A stretch of DNA of 64,000 nt, taken from the NCBI GenBank assembly GCA_035084275.1, contig CM068756.1, forward strand, positions 4,526,001 to 4,590,000, in the 5' to 3' direction. This document shows, piece by piece, positions 41,101 through 52,470 of the stretch. The translations under genes were made by a program, and so were the position numbers. The stretch's first letter is position 1; each line of letters starts with the position of its first letter. Source of the stretch: Hydrolagus colliei (Eukaryota). The notes beneath the pieces were generated by a model. The model had not been told where the DNA came from. It was given only the letters and a program-made list of their open reading frames with translations, and did no database searches.

Positions 41101-42996
41101 AACATGAAAAGGGGATGAAATCCTTCAACGGTAGAGCGCAAAATAAAAAGGAGGTGCAAATGAATCCACGAGAGTACAACAGCAAAAAAAAATGACATTT
41201 GTATAGCACCTTTCACCTTTCGGGAGAGCGTCCCCCGTTGCTAAGTGAGTGCAGGATCGGGAGATGGAATTCTTTCTAGGGACAGTACAGACTGACTGCC
41301 CTTCACAAAAACTACCAACATAATTGGTGAAGCTAAAGAACATCCCTCTCACAATTTGAGAAACTCAATGCATTAGCCTCATCTACCGGAGACTATTTGC
41401 TTCATTAGAAAATGTGTGAGAGAGAGCAGCAACACTGACAGAAATGTAAAGGGAATGAGATTAGAACAAATGATGCTCTAGAATCGATAAAGAAGAAGGC
41501 TAAAGGGAGACTACATTTACCTATATTGTTTTTTTCTCAATTAAATTTGTTTCTGCTTTCATTTTTAAATTTATTTTGAAATAAGTTCACCCAAAAGTTT
41601 GGACTGTGACTTTCTTAGATACTGTACTTTCTCATTGTTATGTGGTGACCTGAAGCAGTCGGGTTCCCTTCCTGATTTTCTAGCATCTTTATAAAAATAT
41701 TATCTTTATAAAATTATTTCTTCATATAAATAATTTTGAGACACGTAGATCAACATTACATGATCAACATTCAGCCCTGACTGGTTGCATTCAGAGTGGA
41801 CAGTTGCTCTGTGCCAGTAGCAAGTGTCCCAAACTGCTACATGGACTATTGACTTCAGTGTATGTGCCACATTCTATATTGTTGTCTTATGTGAAAACGA
41901 ACCCAATTTAAATTGTCTACTTTTCCATCCTGACTCACTGTCTGATGTTCCCTGCTGTGGAATGCTTGTAGAGGATTATCCTCAGTGGCTTTAATTAAGA
42001 TCAGTTTAGATGGTGATAACACACACAAACATGTGTCCATTTACTCAGTAGGGCAGTGTGCTAGTTTTGCTCTCCCCCTATTTAATTCCCCTTTTTAATT
42101 AATAATACATTACTTTGGTGTTCATTATTGGCCAATAAGGATGAAATGAAACGCAGAGCAATACTTAAATAAATAATAATCCTTGCATTTGATATAGTCC
42201 CTTTCATGAGGAGAGCATACCTCCAAGCGCTTCACAGAATATACTCTAAAGAGGAGTGACTGTGAATTTGTACGCAAATGCTGAATACTTTTATATGGCT
42301 TTGTAAATACAAATGAACTGCCGTAATTCAACATCGTGAAAAGAAAAATTTAGGTGAGAGGGAATGAAAAAAATGCAACTTGTGAAAAATTAATTCCGAA
42401 CAGTTAAGTGGGTACCGACTGTCTAATTAATAAGAGCCTGGGGGGAGGGGGGGGGGGGAGGGGGGGGGGGAGGTTGAAAGAAAGTAGCTTTGAATGATTT
42501 GAAAGGTTGGATTGACATGCTGACATTCTGATATTCTCAATGTGGTGCAGCTAGGTCAAATCATACAGAATTAATCATTCTCCAGTGAAGAGCCAATGAA
42601 ATCTGTGGCCACACAACAACCCACGGGAGGCCATAATTAGTCTTATATTTGAGGCATTGGGAGAAGGATTAGGGCTGTAATTGCAGCAAAGGAAATGAAA
42701 TCTTTAAAACACTTTTAAGAGCATGAGAATATCATGTACAGGTACAATTAAAAAAATCTTCAGCTGCTTATATTAGTTGGAAGACCTTTATCGTACCAAG
42801 TGGTTGAATCCCAACCACATGAGGAAGATGCAAATGAAGTAGCAGCACTATTTATATGGATAGATACACGATAATTAAAAAAAATTATTAAACAACTGAC
42901 ATCAGGCTATTCCCTTCTAATGACAGAGCGTGACTTTTAACATGTTCATTTCTTATTTATAAAGCCAGCTAAAAGTACTTCAAGGCCTGACACAAG

Positions 42997-43312
42997 ACAA
43001 CAACAACAAAATTACAATTACAGAGCACCTTTCACGTCGGGAGGATGTCCCAAGGCACTGGACATCCCACTGGACCCTCCTTTTCAACCATGCCTTCCGC
43101 CGCCTTCCTACCTCTCGGCCCTCCCTCATCTCAACCTTGCCCCCCCACTCTCCCATGCTTATGTCCTGATCCCCGACTGTTCAGTGCCTTGGAACGTCCT
43201 CCTGATGTGAAAGCTGCTCTATAAAGTGCTGTGAAGCGCGCTGAGACGCCATCCAGCATGAGGGCGCTATATAAATTGAAGTTGTTGTTGTATAAATCTA
43301 ATTTTGTTGTTT
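42997..43312. mobile_element. Two oppositely oriented L2 tails, the second interrupted by a third tail type (43226-43290)
   Basis: CAACAACAAAATTAC...CCCAAGGCACTG versus CAGTGCCTTGGAACGTCC...AATTTTGTTG; TSD TATAAA around the insert. Confidence 0.8.
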
Positions 43313-43613
43313 CTTCATATATTGTGGACTTTAATGTTTGCTGACCTTATTTTTCAACAGTTAATCTAACCCTCAAAGCGCTTCAGAGTTGAATAAATTT
43401 AATAACTGTGGGTGCTTTAAGGGATATTGCTTCTGCAGGAGAAACAGTTTTTGTTGTTTAGAAAATTGCAAGAGAACCTTGGTTTGCATTTAATCACCCT
43501 TCGCTTGATTCATCCCCAAAACACATTCATTACACTTTACAGTAGATTCTGTGGGGTACATTGAGATATTGTCCCGATGTGAAAGATGCTGTGTTAAATG
43601 TATGGATTATCAT

Positions 43614-43973
43614 GGAGTCCTGTAGCTCAGCGATTAGAGCACTCACCTTGCAAGCGAGAGACCTGGATTCGATTCCAGGCAGGGCGAAACTTTGGGTAAG
43701 TTTCCCTACTCCACACGTCTGATAATTCCTCAAAAAAATTTGTCATTGCAATCCACGACTGTTTGTGGGAACCTGCTGTGCACAATTGTCTGCTGCGTTT
43801 TGCCCCAAACGCAGCAGACAATTGTAGGTATATTCTGTGAAGCGCTTTGAGACATCTAGAAGACATGAAGTCACTATATCAAATGCAACAACAAAAAACA
43901 ACCAAATTACATTTATAGAGCGCCTTTTACATGGTGAGGCCATCCTAACTCGCTGCAAGGATTATTATTATTT
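43614..43973 (+). mobile_element. Full-length tRNA/Deu SINE with an antisense L2-type tail (43889-43953) inserted in its tail
   Basis: Cloverleaf-like head; TSD TGCAA at 43884-43888 and 43954-43958. Confidence 0.88.
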
Positions 43974-44018
43974 ATTTACTGCATTCTGACACAGAATGTT
44001 TATAATGGCAAACAATGC

Positions 44019-44106
44019 CCCAGGTAGCAAGCCCATGTGGGGCCCATATGGGCATGGATCAACCCAATTTGTCCCATATGGGGCCCATATGGGCTTGCTA
44101 CCTGGG
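44019..44106. mobile_element. 88-bp palindromic MITE, CACTA/EnSpm-like
   Basis: TIR CCCAGGTAGCAAGCCCAT / ATGGGCTTGCTACCTGGG, 2-bp TSD GC, four CCCATRTGGG subterminal repeats. Confidence 0.75.
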
Positions 44107-44989
44107 GCAAGATGTTTTTGAATAAGCATGTGGTTTATAAATGAAGAGATCTTTACTTTGTACAGCAATTATCTTAACGTGTGTTACAGTTGAGTTGCGC
44201 GGCTGGAGACTGAGCACATCTAGACATTGGGCAATGTCACACCTTGTGGGATGTCCTGTTGAGATCAAACTCGCATTTTAAAGCCAGATTGAATGCAGGA
44301 TTGTCTTCACCTTTCACTAACAGATTAGGTTTTGAACCCAGGTGAAAGAAGATGAAAACCAGATGATTGCAGGGAAGCTGTTACAGAGCTGGCAGTGAGT
44401 GAAAGGTCAAGAAAGACACTTACAGAGAAGCCGAGATGTCAACGTGATTCCTGACTGTCAGTATTTACTGACCAGCAGAGGATGAACAGATCTGATCAGG
44501 TGAGACTGATGTACCCACTGCAAAGTCTGATAAATATTAGGATTAGTTGAGATCACCCTGCAGGCTGTAACAGTTTTACAGGTCACATAGACAAGAGATG
44601 CCATGTAACGCATAAGTGTCACAGGGCACTGATTAAACAATTGTTACTGGTATGAAAAGGTCATACAGGATATTAGCGTGAATGAAATCTTCAAGAAACG
44701 CAATTTAAAAATGGGATGATTCTAATAGCTTCATCAGAAAATGCCTTCACCGAATGCCCTACATGTCCTCCCTCCTTCCCAAGTGAGAATTGGTTTTACT
44801 TCAGTATCAGCCTAATGTCAGTTATGTAAAGATGATGAGTTTAACTTCCTGATTTTTAAAATGTAATTGAGCAGATCAGTCATTGTTGACAAAACAGCCC
44901 ATTTATCAGCAGACTGAAGGCTTCAGACATATTCTGTTATTTCTTTACTAATTAGAAGATTTACAGGAACTCATATTCCAGGGTGAACT

Positions 44990-45300
44990 CCAGGGCTGTG
45001 CTGTTTGTCAGAGGTGCTGCCCATTGGATAAGATGATAAACCAAGGTTTTGTCTGCCTTTTATAAAGTCGGATGGAAATTACAAAAATCCTAAACCACTA
45101 TTTAAAAAGAGAAGTGAATTTCTCCCTATATCCTGACCAACAATCTTCTGGATAAAATTGGACATTCATTTCATGGCTGTTTGGGGGATGATGTTTTGCA
45201 CACAGTGGCTGCTTTTACCTACAAATAGTCACAACGCTTTCTAGTAAATCTACTTTGTGACATCCTACTGACATGAAAAGCACTGTATCAAATGCGAAGA
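44990..45300 (+). mobile_element. Old Deu-domain SINE (long core and tail)
   Basis: GTCAGAGGTGCTGCC..GGATAAGATGATAAACCAAGG..GTCTGCC...TCCTGACCAACA...GCTGTTTGGGGGAT...GACATGAAAAGCACTGTATCAAATGC. Confidence 0.7.
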
Positions 45301-45725
45301 CTATGATTTTATAGACCAGACCTATAATTTGAGAGCCACGTAAATAGCTTCTTCTTTAAAGACTGGAATATAATAATCTTCCAACGAATACATTAACAAA
45401 GATAATGGAAGGGATTTAGGTGCAATTGTCAATCATTCACCCCAAGGTTTTGTGGCCAACCTGAAGCTACTGTTACCAAAAGTGAGGTTATTTGACAAAA
45501 AGTCAATCAGGCTAATTTTTAACATTAATAATCATATTTTTATATATTGTCAGTAATTTGGGGCATCCTATCTTCAAAAGGTTGGGCTATATAGTCTGTG
45601 GAGGAGGCAGGCTTAAAGGCTGGGTGTCCCTTGCTCATTACCTGCTTTTTTGTTAAGTCAACTAGCATCCAAATATTTTTTTCAATATTTAAGAAAATAT
45701 TTCTAGTCATGTCCCATCTCATCAT

Positions 45726-46021
45726 GTCCTGTAGTTCAGTGGTTAGAGCACTCGCCTCGCAAGCAAGAAACCTGGGTTCAATTCCAAATAGGGCGAAACC
45801 TTGGGTAAGTTTCCTTACTCCACACTATTGATAATAATCCCTCAAAAAAATACAATAATATGGTCACTTCAATTTACAACCTTTTGTGGAACACGGCTGT
45901 GCGCAATTGGCTGCCATGTTTCGCTCACATATATACTGTAGAGTCAATTCACTTTACAGTGAAGTGCTTTGAGACGTCTAGAAGATGTGAAAAGTGGTAA
46001 ATCAAATGTAAAGATTATTAT
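45726..46021 (+). mobile_element. Full-length tRNA/Deu SINE
   Basis: Family head, core and tail present. Confidence 0.9.
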
Positions 46022-46259
46022 CTTCTTGGATTTACACTGAGCAAAATAGCCAACACAAACTTTGACTGAACTGCAATAAGATGGAATGTGTGTGTGTTTT
46101 GTGGATAAGATCTTATTGTGCCATCTACTGGTGCAATGTGTGAATGCAACAACATTGAACTGCAAGTAAACAGACAAGTATTAAAGGTATTCAGTTCTGG
46201 ACATGCAATCACACACTACAAACAAAAGGCTTTACACAGACAAAGGAGCCACGGTAGTG

Positions 46260-48728
46260 CTTCAGATGTCCAATAGGACAATTTATTAGCATGCATAGCT
46301 CAAACTATTGTGTAGTGTGTCAATTCCTAATTGGAAATTAAGAATGACATTCACTTCAACTGTATGATCAGTCTCAGACATGATTAATCACTGAAGGCAG
46401 CCTTCAACTGAAAGAGTTGAAAGTTATTGGTCACTACAGTAGCTAAAGTCAGATGTATAAAAGTGCTGAATTCAAAACATAAATATGCTGAAATAGCCTC
46501 TACTTCATTTTGCAGAATCTATACAATGCAGTGCAAAAAGAGTGTAAAAATTGTGTTGTTTTTTGAACGAAAAATTAACAATCGTTTAGCACTGCTTTGT
46601 AGGGAGTTACTTATGTCATTGTTTATTCCACGGATCATCATAGTAAACACTGCTCTACTATATAAATAAATTAACAGCACCTTTTGAAAAAGTAAAAAAA
46701 AAGTCTTATATATCATAAAGTTGTAGGAAAGACACACGTGCAACGAAAGCAGAGATTTTCCACTATAGGAACAATCATGCAAACAACAAGGAGTTTCAGA
46801 GACTGATACATTATGTTTAATCTATACAGATGGAGACACCCACATGGGCACTAAACTTCATTAAAATGTAAGTCTTTTCAGAAATCTTTAGAAAATATTT
46901 GCACTCTACAAACTGTGTAGATACAATAATGTGTGTTTTTTTTATTGAACTTAGTGATGTAGCACATATCTTCTGGAAGAAATAAGGTCGAGTGATGTTA
47001 AAAATATTCCACAACATACTTGTAAAATGGCTACAAAGGCATTGTAGGTAACAGTCCACAAACGTAATATTTGGTCAGTAACAAGTTTTGACCCACATGA
47101 GAGAAGATAAATCTGCCCGGCAGTATTGTATTTAAGAGGCTTGATTTGTGACAGTGTGTTCTCATTACCCACAGTCTTTTGTTTCCCAGCAATACGCATG
47201 CAATGAGTTGATTAGTTCTCGGTTGGACGAGCCACGTAGGAAAGGGAAGGAGGTGAGAAAAAAAGAGGGAAGGACACAGTTGATTCATATCATCCAATAG
47301 TACATCTCTCAACAAACCATGTACAATCACTTCTTCACTCTCCAGCATTTTTCCTCCCACCAAGATTTTAAAAATCCTGACAATGCAAGACCTTTTTTTT
47401 AAAAAAATGGAAATTGCCAGATTGGTGAAGGTTAGGAATCATTTACATTTTAAGTACAGATTAGAGCGTGTGTCTGGCATGTTTAATGGTTTAGTCAAGT
47501 GCATTACAGAAATGAGCTTTCCCTACAAAAATATCTCAATACCAAAGGAAAGCCACCAAACCCAAGACACACTGGGACCTACAGACTTTGTGAAGTAAAA
47601 TTCAACTGTTCAAACCAAATTATATTTCCTTAAAGTCCTTTAACTTGCCAATTTTAGATCCAGTTTTAGCTTAGCAAAGTTACAATAATCCAAACACTGA
47701 CATGCTGGAAGTACATTTAGCTATTCAGTTTTAGCACTGGCCTTAGACCAAAGACCTACTAATAAATACACAAATAAATTAAAAAAATTATGGATCTTCC
47801 TACAGGTAGTTTGAAAGCACTGAGAAATAAAGAGTGTGAAGAACTAAACAGTTTTCAGGAATATGAGTAAACAAGCTTGCAGAAGTTAATTTAAAAACTA
47901 CGCTGTCCCCATTGGGGCACCTTTCAGCATTTCAGTAGTACTCAACCATTAGTATTTTTGTGGGGGGAAAAAAGTTACTGTTTCAGTATTTACTTTGGAG
48001 TGGTTTCTAGCATCTATGACTACAACTATATACAAATATTGAATGATTAGGCTCAACACCACCCATGTCTATCAATCACAGCAGAGTCTGCCATATACAG
48101 TAATTAAAACGTTTCCAGGATGCCAAAATAAGCTTTGAAATTCATGATCAGTTTGGTTATTTTTAATGGTAGTGAAACCCTGCCGATTATAAACCGGGCA
48201 AAAAGAGGATGTGGCCTGATTGATGGTTTCTTGAGAAATGGAAAAAATATAAAAGGACACATGAAATTCTGATTGATCTAACATAAATATCTGCACTAAG
48301 TTCATTTACGGAGGCCACATCAACTTAAAACAAATCTAAATCAGGTTCAAGCAATGGTCGGGACTGTCGGTAGTAGTATTTTCAAAATAATTACAAATTG
48401 AGTTTTGCAATAAACTTATTGAGGGAATCTGCTGACATATACTGTCTATTTTCTGCAAATGAGAAAGTACATTCCTATAATGCACTGCATATGAAATTGC
48501 AGGTGAATCTGTTTTAAAATGTCTAGCTTCAGAAGGAATGAGATTTGAAAGTTTCTCCATCGAGGGGGATTTCAAACAATTTAGTAAGTTGGAAATTTGA
48601 CCACCAGAAACCAATATTGTGTTTTCATGATTGTTTCAAAGCTGTACAGCAAGATGTCCAAAAGATGTAGGTAGTTTGTGCCAAACTTCTGATCACACAT
48701 TGAGAATACAGTGTCAAGGTGCAAAAAC
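46260..48728 (-). other. ZFPM1: Probable ZFPM1 3' UTR
   Basis: No recognisable repeats, U-rich on minus strand; minus-strand AATAAA at 46282-46287, 46622-46627 and 46941-46946. End is inferred. Confidence 0.5.
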
Positions 48729-51250
48729 TCATTTAACATGTTCTGAAGTGTGAGAAGAACAGTAATACTTCTTGTGAGCTATGAAGGTGGACAAACTGCT
48801 GAATTTGATGTTGCACAAGCGACAGAATCTGTGGTTTCCATTCTGCACAGGGCTTGGGAGAGACATTGCTGTCTGAACAGATTTGTCTACATTAACGGGT
48901 GAGATGGGCAATTTGTCCACATTAACGGGTGGGACGGGTGATTTGGAGCCTGGATCTGTGGGAACATCAGGCACAGGGGAGATTTTCACAACTTTAGGGG
49001 AGGCAGTCAGTATAGGTTTAAGAGACATGTTCTGCAACGGGTTTTCACTCGATGACTGGGGTGAGACAGATTCTCTTTGATCTTTGGCATTCAAGATGTT
49101 CTTCTGAATCTGAGTGCCTGGCTGAAGAGATGAGGCAGGAATTTTAGAATTGTGAGGGCTGCTTTCAGAAATATTGTTTGTCTGGTGTTTGCCTTGTGAT
49201 GGAGTGTCCATCATATTGCTCTCGGCTGTATGCCCAGTTGAAGTCTGTTTGGTCAACAGCAAGCCATGAACAAGTTTAAAATGTTCAATAAGGTCTCCTT
49301 CAATAGGTCCATTAAGTGGACAGTAAGGGCAAACTACTGGAGTACGTTGGGGTGCTGGGAAGGACTTAATGTGAGGGGACAACTGAGGTCTATCTTGCAA
49401 AACCTCTGCACTGTAGTGATATACTCCTGGAGAATTATTTGGAGTAATATACGGATGGGCCAAGTGTGGACTTTCTGGAACACATTTAGCATTTACATTT
49501 TTTTTGTTCAATTCCTCGGATTGCATAGGAGGGTCTGCAACATCCGTCTTGTTGCTCTTTCTGGGTTTCACTGAAGCAGTGGCTTGTATCTTTCCTCTGG
49601 CAAGATGTTCCACGTTACTGTGCAGAACTGCCGTAGCGGGGCAATAGTACTTCTTATGGGCAAGGTAGTTTTCGACATTGTTGAAACTGATTTTGCAGGA
49701 GGTACATTCATGATAGTCCGTCAAAATATTGGGGGCTGGAACTAATGGTGGAGTGTGGACTTTTCCAGGGTCTTCCTGAATGCGGGATTTTTTGCTGAGA
49801 TCAATGGGTCCATCTACATCCGAACTGGAGCCCGGCGATGAAGTTGCACTAGATCGAGTTAACATGTAACCCGTTGACACAGAGAGAGCATCAGTAGACT
49901 TTGAAGAGATCGGCAAAGATTCTTGCTTTATTTTTACAGCTTCTGCATTGTTGGGCAGCCCGCTGCTTTGAAGCACGGCCGCTGAAGGGCTTTGGATGGA
50001 CACTTCATTTGCAGGAGGTGGGGGCAGGGGCTGATGTCCGACGCTGTGGATCTCATACAACTTTCTACGTTTGCGAGTGCGTACGTTTTGCTGGAGGAAT
50101 GGCACTTTCCCACTGTTTGGCCTTCGAAGAGGAGGGTCGTGTCTGGAAGCACAGTAGAAACGCTTGTGCACCACATAGGTTTCATGTCGGGTGAACCTTA
50201 TATTGCAAGCTTCACACACAGTCCTGTTGGGGTCGTCTTCGGAGTCGTCGAGGGAGTTGCTTGGACTCTGGCTACCTTCACTGACTCTACTGAGGCTGTC
50301 TCCTTCGGACGAGGTGTCCTTTGTGACATTCTCCTCCGTTTTGATTTCCGGCGGTTTAACGTCTACATTTGCTTCTGGATCAGTCTGAGAAGATGAAGCC
50401 AGCTGAGTTTCGACGACGAGAGGTGCTGGACTAGGAGACTCCTGGTCAGCAATGTTGGGAGGTGCTGAGTGTTTGGTAGACTCAACAGTGGTGTTGTCTG
50501 GCTGCTGGTGCCTGCTGGAACAATACAGCCGTTTGTGTACCAAGTAGTTGTTGACGTTATTGAACGTAATGTCACACTCGTAGCAGGTTGCTCCTTTTTG
50601 AATGGGGGCACCCGCATAAAGCAGCGGGTAATTATTCACCCCTTGCTTCAGTCTGCTGTGAACCAACTCCGACATTTTGGCTAGGATTTCTGAAGCTTGT
50701 GGAAACGTGGAAGTTTCGTGATTGAACATGTACGGTATTAACACGGTTCCTTCCGGCATCACCGAGGCTGCCCCATAATGGACCGGACTGGAGGCCGGTG
50801 TCGGGCTTGAGCGCTCAGACTTCACTTTGACCACAGGCGTGCTCCTCGGAGACGAGGCGCTGGAGGAATTATCAGTGGTCGGATTTGCCGGACCTTCCAC
50901 GGTCTTCTCACTCTCACTCTCACATTGGGAATGTACACCTCTCTGAGGCTCCTCTTTGATTTTCACAGCTCGAATGACTTCCTCAGGAACTTCTTTTCTG
51001 GAAGCTGGAGTGCCCCGCTCATCTGTGCCCTTTGCTTCCTCTGTACTGTGCTGAGATTCACTAGCTTGGTGTCCCTCCATGTGCTTGGCTAGCTCAGTTG
51101 TGCTTCTCAAATGCCTGTGGCATTGACTGCACTGGAGTGCACCTTGTACGAGATGCAGTGAGCTGTGCTGCTGCAAGCTTGATTCGGAATCACCAACGAA
51201 CTCGCACTTGCTGCACTTCAGGCTTGCGGAAGGATCTGCGACCTGCAAAC
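48729..51250 (-). CDS. ZFPM1: ZFPM1/FOG1 last coding exon (seven zinc fingers, PIDLS CtBP motif, RKRRK NLS)
   Basis: Acceptor catctcag|GT (phase 1). PQASEILAKMSELVHSRL; CCHC fingers CYEC, CEAC, CTSC, CRLC; C2H2 CPYC...HFKLVH (FOG1-type); PIDLS at 49794-49808; ends EHVK*. Confidence 0.96.
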
Positions 51251-51453
51251 CTGAGATGAACAGAGATAAAATAAAATAAACTAAATGTTGATGCTAAAAT
51301 TGTTTTTTGCAATGAACATGAAGCACACACGCATCTGTCTCTTATAAAGTATTTCTTGTTAGTTACATTCACTCTACGAACAAAAATGGTGATTTGCACA
51401 GAAAATGCAGTATGTATACAAGACACATGCCACAGTGTGCTTCTCTTTCTTAC

Positions 51454-51582
51454 CTGATAAAGGAGGGACAAGGGAGTATAAGTCACCCTTTGCACCTGGC
51501 TGGCAGGCCATGTGATTGGTAACCAGATGAGTGTACAGGATTTCTCTTGTGGTTGCGACAAATCCACAGCCCTGACAAACAC
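51454..51582 (-). CDS. ZFPM1: ZFPM1 exon, ZF4 (GVCQGCGFVATTREILYTHLVTNHMACQPGAKGDLYS)
   Basis: 129 nt, phase 1-1, acacag| and |GTAAGA. Confidence 0.95.
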
Positions 51583-51797
51583 CTGTGTCAAACCACACCA
51601 CAATAATCTTAGTGCTGTCTGTTTGTCATCCACTCTCTCACACCTAGATCTTTGAGGAGCGAGGGGCACATCATCACCCCACCCATTCATCTCAGGATTG
51701 CCTCCTGCACTAAAATAAGATGATTCACCTAATAAACTGGCAAATCATGAGCCTATTGGCGGATTTGCTGGGAGAACAAGGATAAAGCAATATAACC

Positions 51798-52121
51798 ATT
51801 TCCACTCGTGGGTGAATCTGTGACTCGTGGTCACAGATTTAAAATAGTTTCAAGGCGAAGTAGAGGGGAGCTGAGGAGAAATTTTTTCACTCAGCGAGTT
51901 GTTCGAATCTGGAATGCATTGCCTGAAAAGGTGGTGGAGGCTGATTCGATAACAACTTTTAAAAGGGAATTAGATCTTTATTTAGGGAGAACGGGTTTAT
52001 TAGGCTATGGGGAGCGGGCAGGGCAGTGGGATTGAATCGCTCTTTTCAAAGAGCCGGCACAGACTAGATGGGCCGAATGGCCTCCTTTTGTGCCGTAAAA
52101 TTCTATGATTCTATGATTCTA
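51798..52121 (+). mobile_element. Young 5'-truncated CR1 LINE
   Basis: FPLVGESVTRGHRFKIVSRRSRGELRRNFFTQRVVRIWNALP...GYGERAGQWD*, (ATTCTATG)n tail, apparent TSD TAACCA. Confidence 0.93.
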
Positions 52122-52274
52122 ACCAGTATATTAGGACTTAATGGCTCATCAAATCACCTAGAATTCCTTACTGATACCTAAAAAGATCTATTATGTTAGC
52201 AATCTGGGTTAATAATCCTAATATATTATTACTGGGTAATTACAGTAGGTGGCAGAATGGGCTCAATAATAGGA

Positions 52275-52470
52275 TGATTCAATACCACAGCAAAGAAACA
52301 GGCCATTTGGCCCATCTGGCATTTTTCTCCATGTGAGTAATCCAATCTAATTTCAATCTCCTGCTTGTCGCACATATCCTTTAATACTCCTCTTTTCAAG
52401 TGTCCATGTAAAAGAATCTCTAGATTGATGATTTGTGGAATGGAATTCCACATTCCAACCCTCCTTGATG
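52275..52470 (-). mobile_element. Old CR1 3' fragment
   Basis: AGGCCATTTGGCCCATC 3' motif; minus frame RRVGMWNSIP. Confidence 0.6.

Noticed and set aside
19100-46200. Hidden gene or pseudogene in the intergenic interval (ORFs at 26541, 29923, 32488, 36642, 37954)
   Set aside because: No recognisable domains or consistent exon chain; several ORFs overlap SINE or L2 sequence.
51242-51250. Second CAG acceptor 8 nt into the last ZFPM1 exon
   Set aside because: It would be out of frame with the phase-1 upstream exons.
51808-52035. Identical 75-aa ORFs at 51808 (+) and 57083 (-) as a duplicated small gene
   Set aside because: They are the C-terminus of CR1 ORF2 in truncated copies, with a GTG start.
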